Notes: generated by a model from the sequence alone, not told the origin. Shown: positions 1 through 7,151, counted from the first letter of the stretch. The stretch is DNA of 24,817 nucleotides from a virus (IMGVR_UViG_3300012349_000016:1-24817), one strand, 5' to 3'. Numbers and translations: made by a program.

Positions 1-162
1 CCCACGGTGGTCAGCACGGGCAGCTGTGCGTCGGCGCTGATGTAGAGAGAGCCGCCCACGGTGGTCAGCACGGGCAGCTGTGCGTCGGCGCTGATGTCGA
101 GATAGCCGCCCACGGTGGTCAGCACGGGCAGCTGTGCGTCGGCGCGGATGTAGAGATAGCCG
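1..162. repeat. Three tandem 54-bp direct repeats (18-codon unit), probably continuing beyond the window
   Basis: Copies at 1-54, 55-108 and 109-162 are identical except at unit positions 38 (t/t/g), 44 (a/c/a) and 49 (g/t/t). Confidence 0.98.
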
Positions 163-233
163 CTTACCTCGGTCAGCTCCAGAAAATCGCCAGCATTCGC
201 GCGGGTGATGTGCAAATCGCCAGAATGTTTCAT
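1..233 (-). CDS. Tandem-repeat (LRR/receptor-L-domain-like) protein, runs off the window edge
   Basis: Hand translation from ATG at 233 (preceded by GAAAGGGATTT): MKHSGDLHITRANAGDFLELTEVSGYLYIRADAQLPVLTTVGGYLDISADAQLPVLTTVGGSLYISADAQLPVLTTVG..., no stop before position 1. Absent from the ORF track. Confidence 0.85.
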   Translation of the reverse strand, partial: MKHSGDLHITRANAGDFLELTEVSGYLYIRADAQLPVLTTVGGYLDISADAQLPVLTTVGGSLYISADAQLPVLTTV

Positions 234-302
234 AAATCCCTTTCAGTGGTTTTGCCGGCATCCGATTGGTGCGGCGGCGCAGCGTTACAGGTGGGGTGTT
301 AC

Positions 303-332
303 AAAGCCGCCCTCTAGGGCGGCTTTCGTTTT
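303..332. terminator. Perfect GC-rich hairpin, possible bidirectional intrinsic terminator or attenuator
   Basis: AAAGCCGCCCT-CT-AGGGCGGCTTT (303-326). The plus strand continues TTTCGTTTT; the minus strand reads TTTGTAAC. Confidence 0.7.
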
Positions 333-346
333 GCTTCGATATCTGA

Positions 347-420
347 AGTTTAGGTCGAGTGAAGCGAAACTCCAATTGGTTATCACTAAAGCGAAACTTC
401 ATTCATTAGGAAATTTCTTT
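347..420 (-). promoter_or_regulatory. Sigma70-like promoter with imperfect palindromic operators (copy A), upstream of the repeat-protein gene
   Basis: Minus strand TTGGAG (375-370), 17-bp spacer, TAAACT (352-347). Near-palindromes TGAAG-N5-CTCCA (360-374) and TAAAG-N5-CTTCA (387-401). AT-rich and homologous to 654-714. Confidence 0.65.
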
Positions 421-598
421 AATGCGGCGCGCGGCGGTCGTTGTCGCGCTGCTTCTCGGCGGCCAGCCGTTTGGCCCGCTTCGACAGCTGCTCATCGATG
501 CGGGCCAGCCCCTCAAGCACCGCAGCGTCAGAGAGAGAATCGATCCCGGCGGCGCGCACCGCGTCGGGATTTTCCTGTGGGTCGAGGTCGTTTTCCAT
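419..598 (-). CDS. Small hypothetical protein (59 aa), acidic N-terminus and basic helical C-terminus
   Basis: Strong RBS AGGGAGG-AAAAC-ATG at 598; MENDLDPQENPDAVRAAGIDSLSDAAVLEGLARIDEQLSKRAKRLAAEKQRDNDRRAPH, TAA at 421-419. Not in the ORF track, whose shortest entries are 60 aa. Confidence 0.75.
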   Translation of the reverse strand: MENDLDPQENPDAVRAAGIDSLSDAAVLEGLARIDEQLSKRAKRLAAEKQRDNDRRAPH

Positions 599-639
599 GT
601 TTTCCTCCCTGATAAGGTGGCGTGCCGGTGCTGAATAGA

Positions 640-714
640 ACTATGAAGGAAAGTGAAGTATCACTCCAATTGAATGTTCCTAAAGGAATTTCATTCCGGT
701 TAGAAAATTTCTAA
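640..714 (-). promoter_or_regulatory. Promoter/operator block (copy B), upstream of the 59-aa gene
   Basis: TTGGAG (669-664), 18-bp spacer, CATAGT (645-640). Operator-like TGAAG-N5-CTCCA (654-668) and perfect palindrome TTAGAAA-A-TTTCTAA (700-714). Confidence 0.6.
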
Positions 715-719
715 GACGC

Positions 720-747
720 AAAAAAAGCCCGCGTACTGCGGGCCTTT
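720..747 (-). terminator. Rho-independent terminator ending the late/lysis operon
   Basis: Minus strand GCCCGC-AGTAC-GCGGGC followed by TTTTTTT, about 25 nt after the stop of 768..1388. Confidence 0.88.
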
Positions 748-767
748 CAGGGGAGGGCTTTAACGGC

Positions 768-1388
768 TCACGGTTTCGTGCCGGTCGCCTTGATCGCGGT
801 TGTCACCGCGTCGGACAGGGCCGCCGTCTTCGATTCGGAGCCCAGCGAGCCGCCGTAGATGAAGTTCACGACCGTCTGCGCGTTCGCGGCGACGTAGCCA
901 ACAATCGAGCCAACCAGGCCGGAGATCGCGGCGACGACCGACACGTCCTTGATGGTGATGCCGCCCTGCAGCAGCAGCCAGCAGCCCCACAGCACCGCGC
1001 CCATGATTAGCGCGAACGTCGCCAGGATCACGACGGCGATGCTCCACGCCGCATCGCGGCCGCTGTTGTTCTTGCGCGCGTCGATGGTGTTGTCGGCGGC
1101 GGCCCGCATCGCCGCCGCCTCGCTGTCCGCGTTCAGCTTCGCCAGGTCGAGCCCTTGCTGGTTCATGACCTCGGCGTGCTTCTGGTCGGCGACGCGCACC
1201 GCCGTGATCTGGTCGGGGGTCAGCGCGCCCTGCTGCAGCACCTGCGTGATGCCGTCAGTGCCGGCGCCTTGCTGCAGGCCCAGCGCGCTCTCCAGGGCCG
1301 TGACGGCGGTGCCGGCCAGCGGTCCGCCCAGCATCGTCGCCAGGGTCGGCGCCAGCGTCGTGATCGCGGTTTTGATATTGAAGCCCAT
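768..1388 (-). CDS. Holin-like membrane protein (3TM/GTA-holin-like)
   Basis: N-terminal APTLATMLGGPLAG motif, a coiled-coil middle, two C-terminal hydrophobic helices and FIYGGS; lies downstream of the endolysin; GGAG RBS. Confidence 0.7.
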   Translation of the reverse strand: MGFNIKTAITTLAPTLATMLGGPLAGTAVTALESALGLQQGAGTDGITQVLQQGALTPDQITAVRVADQKHAEVMNQQGLDLAKLNADSEAAAMRAAADNTIDARKNNSGRDAAWSIAVVILATFALIMGAVLWGCWLLLQGGITIKDVSVVAAISGLVGSIVGYVAANAQTVVNFIYGGSLGSESKTAALSDAVTTAIKATGTKP

Positions 1389-1398
1389 GGTCGCTCCT

Positions 1399-1605
1399 TT
1401 AGAAGCTCTTGATCCACGCCCACACGTTGTGCGCGGCGGCTTCGGTCAGCGCCTCGATCTCGGCCGGCAAGTTGGCGAAATTGCTTTCGAGCGCCGCCGC
1501 CTGCGCCTCGATCTTCTGCGCTTCATGTTCCGTGTCGGCGCGCAGCTTCGCGGCCTTGGCACGCAGGATGGTGACTTCTTCGCCGATGAGGTCTTTGATT
1601 GCCAT
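1399..1605 (-). CDS. Small coiled-coil hypothetical protein in the lysis cassette (68 aa)
   Basis: Fills the gap between the endolysin and holin-like gene; AAGGA RBS; amphipathic C-terminus HNVWAWIKSF. Confidence 0.75.
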   Translation of the reverse strand: MAIKDLIGEEVTILRAKAAKLRADTEHEAQKIEAQAAALESNFANLPAEIEALTEAAAHNVWAWIKSF

Positions 1606-1629
1606 GATGACGTCCTTCCGGTTGGTGGA

Positions 1630-2109
1630 TCAGTTGTCGAGCGATGCGTAGTCGAGGTTCGCCGCCACGCGGTTGGTCCAGCCAGCGCCGAACTTCGGCC
1701 ACAGGCTCAGGCTGGTGTAATAGCGCAGCCGCTGCGCGTTGAAGCGCAGCAGCACGTCGTTGGTCTCCATACTCGCCAGCCTGGCCGCGCTCACGGCGCC
1801 CCAGTGGCCGTCGTCGGCGACGCCGATGGCGGCCTGCAGCTTGTGCACGGCGATGGACAGGCCGCCGTTCACGGCGAAGTCGAACACCTGGTATTTGACG
1901 GCGGTCAGCGCATCGTTCAGCACGTCCCAGAAGTCGCGCTTGTAGATATCCTTCGCGCCGTCGCGCGTCAGGTTCTTGATGTCGATATGCGGATAGGAGC
2001 GCTTCGAAATGCCCCAGTTGGTCTCGCCGCCGGGGTCAAGCGGGTCGTTGACGTAGCCGCCCTCGTTGCCGATCAAGCGGTCAAAAGCGATGTCGAAATC
2101 GAGCGCCAT
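1630..2109 (-). CDS. Endolysin, glycosyl hydrolase family 108 with C-terminal peptidoglycan-binding domain
   Basis: EGGYVNDPLDPGGETNWGIS catalytic motif, FDFAVNGG, DGHWG and FGAGWTNRV. Confidence 0.95.
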   Translation of the reverse strand: MALDFDIAFDRLIGNEGGYVNDPLDPGGETNWGISKRSYPHIDIKNLTRDGAKDIYKRDFWDVLNDALTAVKYQVFDFAVNGGLSIAVHKLQAAIGVADDGHWGAVSAARLASMETNDVLLRFNAQRLRYYTSLSLWPKFGAGWTNRVAANLDYASLDN

Positions 2110-2111
2110 GG

Positions 2112-2441
2112 TCAGTCCTTCAGCGGTTCGCGCGGCAGGTCGCGCCGGTCCACCTTCGCTTCGACCTTGCTCTCCAGGCGCCGCATGCCTTCTTTCATAT
2201 CGTTACCCAGATCGTGGATCGCGTCGAAAATGTTCCCGACCATTTCCTTCATGTCGGTCTTGCATATGTATTGCGTGGGCAGCTCCACCCGCAAATCATT
2301 CACTGCCCGCATCAAATCGCGCGCCATCGCTTCGGTCTGTTTGATTCGGTCGAATATGACCTTGAACAACCACCCGCCAAGGAAAGAAGCCAGAAACGTG
2401 ATAATGGCAATGGCGATTTGAACAGCCGTCTGGAGGTCCAT
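2112..2441 (-). CDS. Single-TM membrane protein with coiled coil (holin/antiholin-like)
   Basis: N-terminal hydrophobic helix IAIAIITFLASFLGGWLF, then a charged coiled coil; directly upstream of the endolysin; AAGGA RBS. Confidence 0.7.
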   Translation of the reverse strand: MDLQTAVQIAIAIITFLASFLGGWLFKVIFDRIKQTEAMARDLMRAVNDLRVELPTQYICKTDMKEMVGNIFDAIHDLGNDMKEGMRRLESKVEAKVDRRDLPREPLKD

Positions 2442-2493
2442 GCGCGTGTTCCTTGTGAAGGTTGTCCCGCATAATTAGATTTTTTCTTCTGGG

Positions 2494-2540
2494 AATTGTC
2501 GTATATATAGTCCAACTCCGCTATGAAAGTTTCCCTACAA
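2494..2540 (-). promoter_or_regulatory. Putative activator-dependent late promoter for the lysis cassette
   Basis: TTGTAGGGAAACT-N22-TATACGACAATT in an AT-rich intergenic gap; same motif and spacing as 22313-22359. Confidence 0.7.
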
Positions 2541-2549
2541 AATTAATTA

Positions 2550-3260
2550 TCAGAAGAAAAAGAATTGTTCGATGGCCGCCGTGGGCGGCGGCCCTGCAGC
2601 CGTCAGGGCGTCCAGAATGCATTCGCCGCCGTTGCCACCATTGCCGGCGCCGCTGGCGACGACGGTGACGCCGGATTGCGTTGCCGTGACTGCCTTCTTG
2701 GCAGAGCGCGAGCTGGCGAAGGCAGCGCCGCCGCCGTTGCTCGCGCTCGTAACAATCGAGAAACCAGTGGGGTCTGTCGGGATGCCGGCGGACGAGGTCA
2801 GCACGCCATTGGAAAACAGGATCAGGTCGTTCGCCTGGTCCGTATTGAGCGTAAAGCTGGGCGTGGCCGCCCCGCTGTAGGATTGCTTCTGAGGCAGGCC
2901 GGCATTGGTGTCCCACGGCGCGGCGGTGTTGCACCCGTTCACGCCATATGCAAGGAAGGTCGCATCGTCAAAACCGCCCGTGTAGGTGACGGTGAACGTC
3001 ACCGCCGACAGCGCGGTGGGCGCGGCGGCCCACCACACCTCCATGTTGCCGTGGGTCGAGCTGTTCGACCGGCAGCGAAGGGCGAACGTCAGGCTGCCGC
3101 CGGTGACGTAGCTGACCGTGGGAGGTGTCGCGGACGGGGTCTCGCAATAGGCGACGATGACAATGACGTCGTCGGTGTGGGTCGTGGTGAGCGCGACGGT
3201 GCCGAAACTGGCGGTGCTCTTGGTCGCGTTGGCAGTGCCGTCGATGGTTGGGGCTGGCAT
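2550..3260 (-). CDS. Putative tail-associated receptor-binding/lectin-like protein
   Basis: T/S/A/G-rich, beta-strand-like sequence; coupled by TGATG to the DUF2793 fibre gene; last tail gene; ends IEQFFFF. Confidence 0.6.
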   Translation of the reverse strand: MPAPTIDGTANATKSTASFGTVALTTTHTDDVIVIVAYCETPSATPPTVSYVTGGSLTFALRCRSNSSTHGNMEVWWAAAPTALSAVTFTVTYTGGFDDATFLAYGVNGCNTAAPWDTNAGLPQKQSYSGAATPSFTLNTDQANDLILFSNGVLTSSAGIPTDPTGFSIVTSASNGGGAAFASSRSAKKAVTATQSGVTVVASGAGNGGNGGECILDALTAAGPPPTAAIEQFFFF

Positions 3261-4264
3261 CAGTAGCCTTTCGAAATCGCAAGGATGCGGTACTTGGTGG
3301 ACGCGTTGTCGTAGACCACGCCGAGGTAGTCGGTTTTGCTGGCGGTGGTGGTGGCGGTGAACGCGGTGATATCGGTGCCGAACGCAAAACCGGTGCCGAG
3401 CGTGACGATGCGGCTGCCGGTGGCGTCCTGCGCCAGCTCGATCTGTCCTTTCTGGCCGTCCGATGCGCCGGTGATATTCACGGTGACGTTGCCCGTTAGC
3501 GCGCAGCGGAAGATCGTATTGTTCGGCTGGCTGGTGAAGTCCACCGAGATCGTGGAGGCATAGGTGATGGTGACGATGTTCGGCGCCTTGGGCGCATACA
3601 GCGTGTCGAAATACGTCTTCAGCACGGCCTTGATGTTCGCCCAGGTCGAATACTTGGTCGCGTTGGAGGCCGCGCTGTCAGAAAGTGCGACTTTGTCGGC
3701 ATCCACCGGCGTGGACTTCTGCGTGCCGGCGGCGATGAGCGCACCCCAAGCGGACCAGACTGCGTTCTTGAGGTTCACCCACATCAGACTTTTGAGGACA
3801 TTGCCAGCCGCACTGTCCATCAGCCCCAGCTCGTCGGCATCGGCCGGGGTGGTTTTGGTGGTCGCGGAATAGATCAGCGCGCCGGCTGTCGTCGTCGTTT
3901 CGGCGCCGTTGGCGATGGCCCAGGCCGAGCCGCTGTATTTGTAGTCGTTGCCATCGCCCTTGTTCGCCACCACCCAGCCGGCCTTCGGGGTGTAGAACTG
4001 CCAGGCGGCGACAGCGGCGCGCGCCTGCCATACCGCGATCTTGCCGTCCTTGCCGGACCATGCGCCGGTCGCGCTGGGCGCCACAATATAGGAATCGCCG
4101 GCCGCTGGCGAGCCCGGCGGCGTGGTCGTCGTCGCGTTGATGACGGCGCACATCACCAGCGCGTCGGCGGCGTCCCAGTTCAAATTGTGCTGCGCCGTCC
4201 ACCCGTTGTCCCCGTCCGTGTAGCCGGACCAGATGCCGATGTTGCCGTCTTGTGAAGATGCCAT
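3260..4264 (-). CDS. DUF2793-domain tail fibre/adaptor protein
   Basis: N-terminal PPGSPAAGDSYIVAPSATGAWSGKDGKIAVW...WQFYTPKAGW (DUF2793 signature), two 46-aa internal repeats and a C-terminal QDATGSR domain. Confidence 0.85.
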   Translation of the reverse strand: MASSQDGNIGIWSGYTDGDNGWTAQHNLNWDAADALVMCAVINATTTTPPGSPAAGDSYIVAPSATGAWSGKDGKIAVWQARAAVAAWQFYTPKAGWVVANKGDGNDYKYSGSAWAIANGAETTTTAGALIYSATTKTTPADADELGLMDSAAGNVLKSLMWVNLKNAVWSAWGALIAAGTQKSTPVDADKVALSDSAASNATKYSTWANIKAVLKTYFDTLYAPKAPNIVTITYASTISVDFTSQPNNTIFRCALTGNVTVNITGASDGQKGQIELAQDATGSRIVTLGTGFAFGTDITAFTATTTASKTDYLGVVYDNASTKYRILAISKGY

Positions 4265-6906
4265 TACATTCCCCCTCCGTAATCAAACCCATAATCGAAC
4301 CCGTAGCCCACCCGTATCGTCAGCGGCAATACCTGCGACTGGTAGCTGCTCAAGCCGGCGCGCACCGCCGTCAGCGTGATCGATATCGATGTCGCGGTGC
4401 TCGGAATCATGCCGGATGTCCACGACGTGCCGGTAATGCCAGTTTGCGTAATCACCGGCGTCCCTGTCTGGTCGGAAATCACCACGGTGTAGGTGGTGCC
4501 GGCCTCCGGCGTGACCGCGCCGGCCGTGTTGTCGATCATCTGGTCCATCTGCGTCACGCGGTTGCGCCCGGCCCACGTCAGCGCCACCGTCGAACCGCTC
4601 AGCTTTGTCACGGTGTCCCACCGTATGCCATCGACGTAAAAATTCGCGGGCGGATACGGCAGGTTCTGGCGCTCCACGATGCTGGTCGAGACGGTGGGGG
4701 CGAGGGTTGGATCGAGCGTCGCGCTGGTCGTGAGCGTCAGCGGCTTCATGTCCACGGTCTCGCCCGTGAAATATTCGATCTGGTCGCTGGCGACATAGCT
4801 GTCGTAGAACCACATGCGCAGACCGGAGGCATGGGCCACGGGCACCGTGTCGATGCACCCGCGCGCGATGGTCGCGATGCCGGTCGCATGATCGAACGCG
4901 GTCACATTGACGATCTCGTTGCCCAGCATCGCCGCGCACGGCACTTCCACCAGGTCGAGGTCGAGGCCGCTGGCGACGGTGACGCTGGTGCCGAATGGCG
5001 TGAGCGCACCCGTCGTGAGGCCAGTCGGGCAGAAATTCGCGCCGCCGCGCATCACGAAATCGGCGCTTCCGGTGCGTGTCTCAAGATCGTAGCCGGCCGA
5101 CAGCGAGGTGGGCCGCGCGACCACGAGGCCGGCGAAACCGGAGGCCGCGTCGATGCTCTTGAACTCGGTGGACGTGAGCGTGTGCGCCAGGTCGCGGTAG
5201 GTGACTTCGAAGCCCTTGTAATACTGCGCCGGCTGCGCGCTGCTGTCGGACTTCACCCACGACGTCATCGGGAAGGCGGCGAACACCGTGTCGGGCAGCG
5301 AGAACACATCCTGCACTGCAGTGAAGGTGATCGCGCCCTCCGTCAGCGAACCATAATCGACGTCGCCGATGCGGAAGATCATGGTGGCGATGCCATAGGC
5401 CGGGAACGACAATCTGAACAAGCCGCCGGGAAGCAGCGCGTATCCCTTGCGGTTCAGCTTGACCTTGATGCGCTTTAACGGCACCGACGTCGCGCGCAAG
5501 TCGCGCTTCGCCACGCGGGAAGCCAGCTCGAACGTCGCCAGCCCCGGATAATCCTTCGCCTGGCTCACAATGACGCCCTGGGCCTGGATGGCGCCCAGCG
5601 CTTGCACGGTGGTGCTCTGCGCGGCCTTGATCTCCGGGTCGAACCAGTTGACGACTATTTCATTCACCGCACCGGTGATGCTGGGGCTTTCATAGCTGAT
5701 CATCTCGATCACATCGTCGGCCGTGAACGCCGGCAGCGTGGAAGGGTCGTAGCCGCCGCGAATGAGGTTCAGCTGGAACAGGCCAGTCGTGCGGCTCTGC
5801 ACGATCACCGCGCCGATATAGTCGATCACCGTCTGCAGGAAATTCTCGATGGTGTCCTGGCGATTCCACAGCAGGCACAGGCCGAAGCCTTCGGTATAGA
5901 GCTGATCGGCTGCGGCGGTGAAGGCGGCGTTGTCGATGATCGCGGTGGGATAGCCCATGCCCCAGTCGCGATCCGTCAGCACCTCGTAAATGATGTGCGC
6001 GGGGTTCATCCCGTTAAAACCGGGGCTCACCGCTTCCACATAAAACTTTGCCAGAGCGCCAGGCCCGATGCCGGTTTGCCAACCTGGCCAGTTGGGATAG
6101 GCGCCGGGAAAAGTATCCATCCCGCGCACCTCCACCGCGTGCGTTGCCGGCAAGCCGTAAATGACCTCCTGGCCGCGCCAGGAACTCTGACCCGGCGAAT
6201 GGGAGCCGTACACCGGGAGACGATTGATCGCAAGATAAGTCCATGTCGAAATGAATGTACCCAGCACCCCAATACTGGGGTCGCTGTCCGGCGTCCCCGC
6301 CTTGATTTCGGCATCGACAGGATAGGGGCCGACCCCTTCTAGCGCTTGCGTGAATGAAGGGCTGGTGCTCGGGTCGCCGAAAAAAATCATGGCCCCACCA
6401 AGGGGAATATCGAGACCAATGGAGAACTCCTGCAAAATCCTTCGCGTTTTCAGGTTGATGACGGCCTTCGGCGGATACCACGCATCGCCGCTGTTCGTGC
6501 TCGCATCCCAGCCTTTCAGGATGCGCTCGACGCGAAAGCTCCACGGCTTCGGGTAGGGGTTGTTGGCGCCGATATAGCCCTGCCGGAAAACCAGCGACAG
6601 CAGGCCACGGAACGCCGGCATGATGCCGTCGAGGACGGAGGACAGATAGCTGTTCACGCCCTGCGTTTGGTCGCCCATCATCACGTCGAGCTTGCCGGAG
6701 ACGCCGCCTTCGGCCTGCTCCCCGCCATACACCTTGTCTGCAGCGATGTCCAACGGACCGGACGTGGTTTTCGAGCCGCTCCACAGTGTCAAATTGCCGC
6801 CGCGAATTTCCTGCAAGGAATCCACCGGCCCCTTGCACAGTCCAGCGTGCAGGCCCATGTAATATTTGTAGCCAACGGTTTGTCCGCCGCCTTTGCCGCC
6901 GCTCAT
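4264..6906 (-). CDS. Central tail fibre/baseplate hub (Phage-tail_3-like), 880 aa
   Basis: Start at MSGGKGGGQTVGYKYYMG (ATGA overlap at 6903-6906); motifs NNPYPKPW, MNPAHIIYEVLTDRDWGMG and ARGCIDTVP; C-terminal GYGFDYGFDYGG. Confidence 0.88.
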   Translation of the reverse strand: MSGGKGGGQTVGYKYYMGLHAGLCKGPVDSLQEIRGGNLTLWSGSKTTSGPLDIAADKVYGGEQAEGGVSGKLDVMMGDQTQGVNSYLSSVLDGIMPAFRGLLSLVFRQGYIGANNPYPKPWSFRVERILKGWDASTNSGDAWYPPKAVINLKTRRILQEFSIGLDIPLGGAMIFFGDPSTSPSFTQALEGVGPYPVDAEIKAGTPDSDPSIGVLGTFISTWTYLAINRLPVYGSHSPGQSSWRGQEVIYGLPATHAVEVRGMDTFPGAYPNWPGWQTGIGPGALAKFYVEAVSPGFNGMNPAHIIYEVLTDRDWGMGYPTAIIDNAAFTAAADQLYTEGFGLCLLWNRQDTIENFLQTVIDYIGAVIVQSRTTGLFQLNLIRGGYDPSTLPAFTADDVIEMISYESPSITGAVNEIVVNWFDPEIKAAQSTTVQALGAIQAQGVIVSQAKDYPGLATFELASRVAKRDLRATSVPLKRIKVKLNRKGYALLPGGLFRLSFPAYGIATMIFRIGDVDYGSLTEGAITFTAVQDVFSLPDTVFAAFPMTSWVKSDSSAQPAQYYKGFEVTYRDLAHTLTSTEFKSIDAASGFAGLVVARPTSLSAGYDLETRTGSADFVMRGGANFCPTGLTTGALTPFGTSVTVASGLDLDLVEVPCAAMLGNEIVNVTAFDHATGIATIARGCIDTVPVAHASGLRMWFYDSYVASDQIEYFTGETVDMKPLTLTTSATLDPTLAPTVSTSIVERQNLPYPPANFYVDGIRWDTVTKLSGSTVALTWAGRNRVTQMDQMIDNTAGAVTPEAGTTYTVVISDQTGTPVITQTGITGTSWTSGMIPSTATSISITLTAVRAGLSSYQSQVLPLTIRVGYGFDYGFDYGGGM

Positions 6907-7151
6907 TGCGCCCCCCATTCTTTGCGCGCGCGGGCGCACACGCGCCGCGCGAATTCGTCGCCGGTCGCTTCCGCCTGTTCGACAGGCAGGCCGTTCCGCA
7001 CGAAATCATGCCAGTCGAAGCCGTGCAGCTTCATCCATTCCCGCATGCCGCGCGAGCACAGCGCCTCCTCGCGCACGTGGCGCATGGTGACGGTGATGCC
7101 GCTCAGTTCGGGCTCGCTCATTTCTTCGCTCGTCATTTCTTGCCCCGTCAT
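6903..7151 (-). CDS. Small tail-tip protein
   Basis: ATGA overlap with the upstream gene; CSRGMREW..HGFDWHDFVRNG motif typical of the small gene preceding this hub family. The start could be any of three tandem Mets. Confidence 0.8.
   Translation of the reverse strand: MTGQEMTSEEMSEPELSGITVTMRHVREEALCSRGMREWMKLHGFDWHDFVRNGLPVEQAEATGDEFARRVCARARKEWGAQ

Noticed and set aside
1-162. CRISPR array or DGR variable region
   Set aside because: The units are contiguous with no unique spacers and are in-frame coding. For a DGR, only two of three changes are at consensus adenines, other adenines are invariant, and no reverse transcriptase or template repeat is in the window.
205-638. Plus-strand ORFs 205..612, 422..634 and 441..638
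   Set aside because: No convincing RBS; they overlap the better-supported minus-strand 59-aa gene, and the longest also crosses a terminator hairpin and promoter block.
760-1047. Overlapping ORF as an Rz1-like o-spanin, and LWGC in the holin-like gene as a lipobox
   Set aside because: The 95-aa ORF has no hydrophobic signal peptide or lipobox Cys. LWGC is non-consensus and lies deep within the protein.
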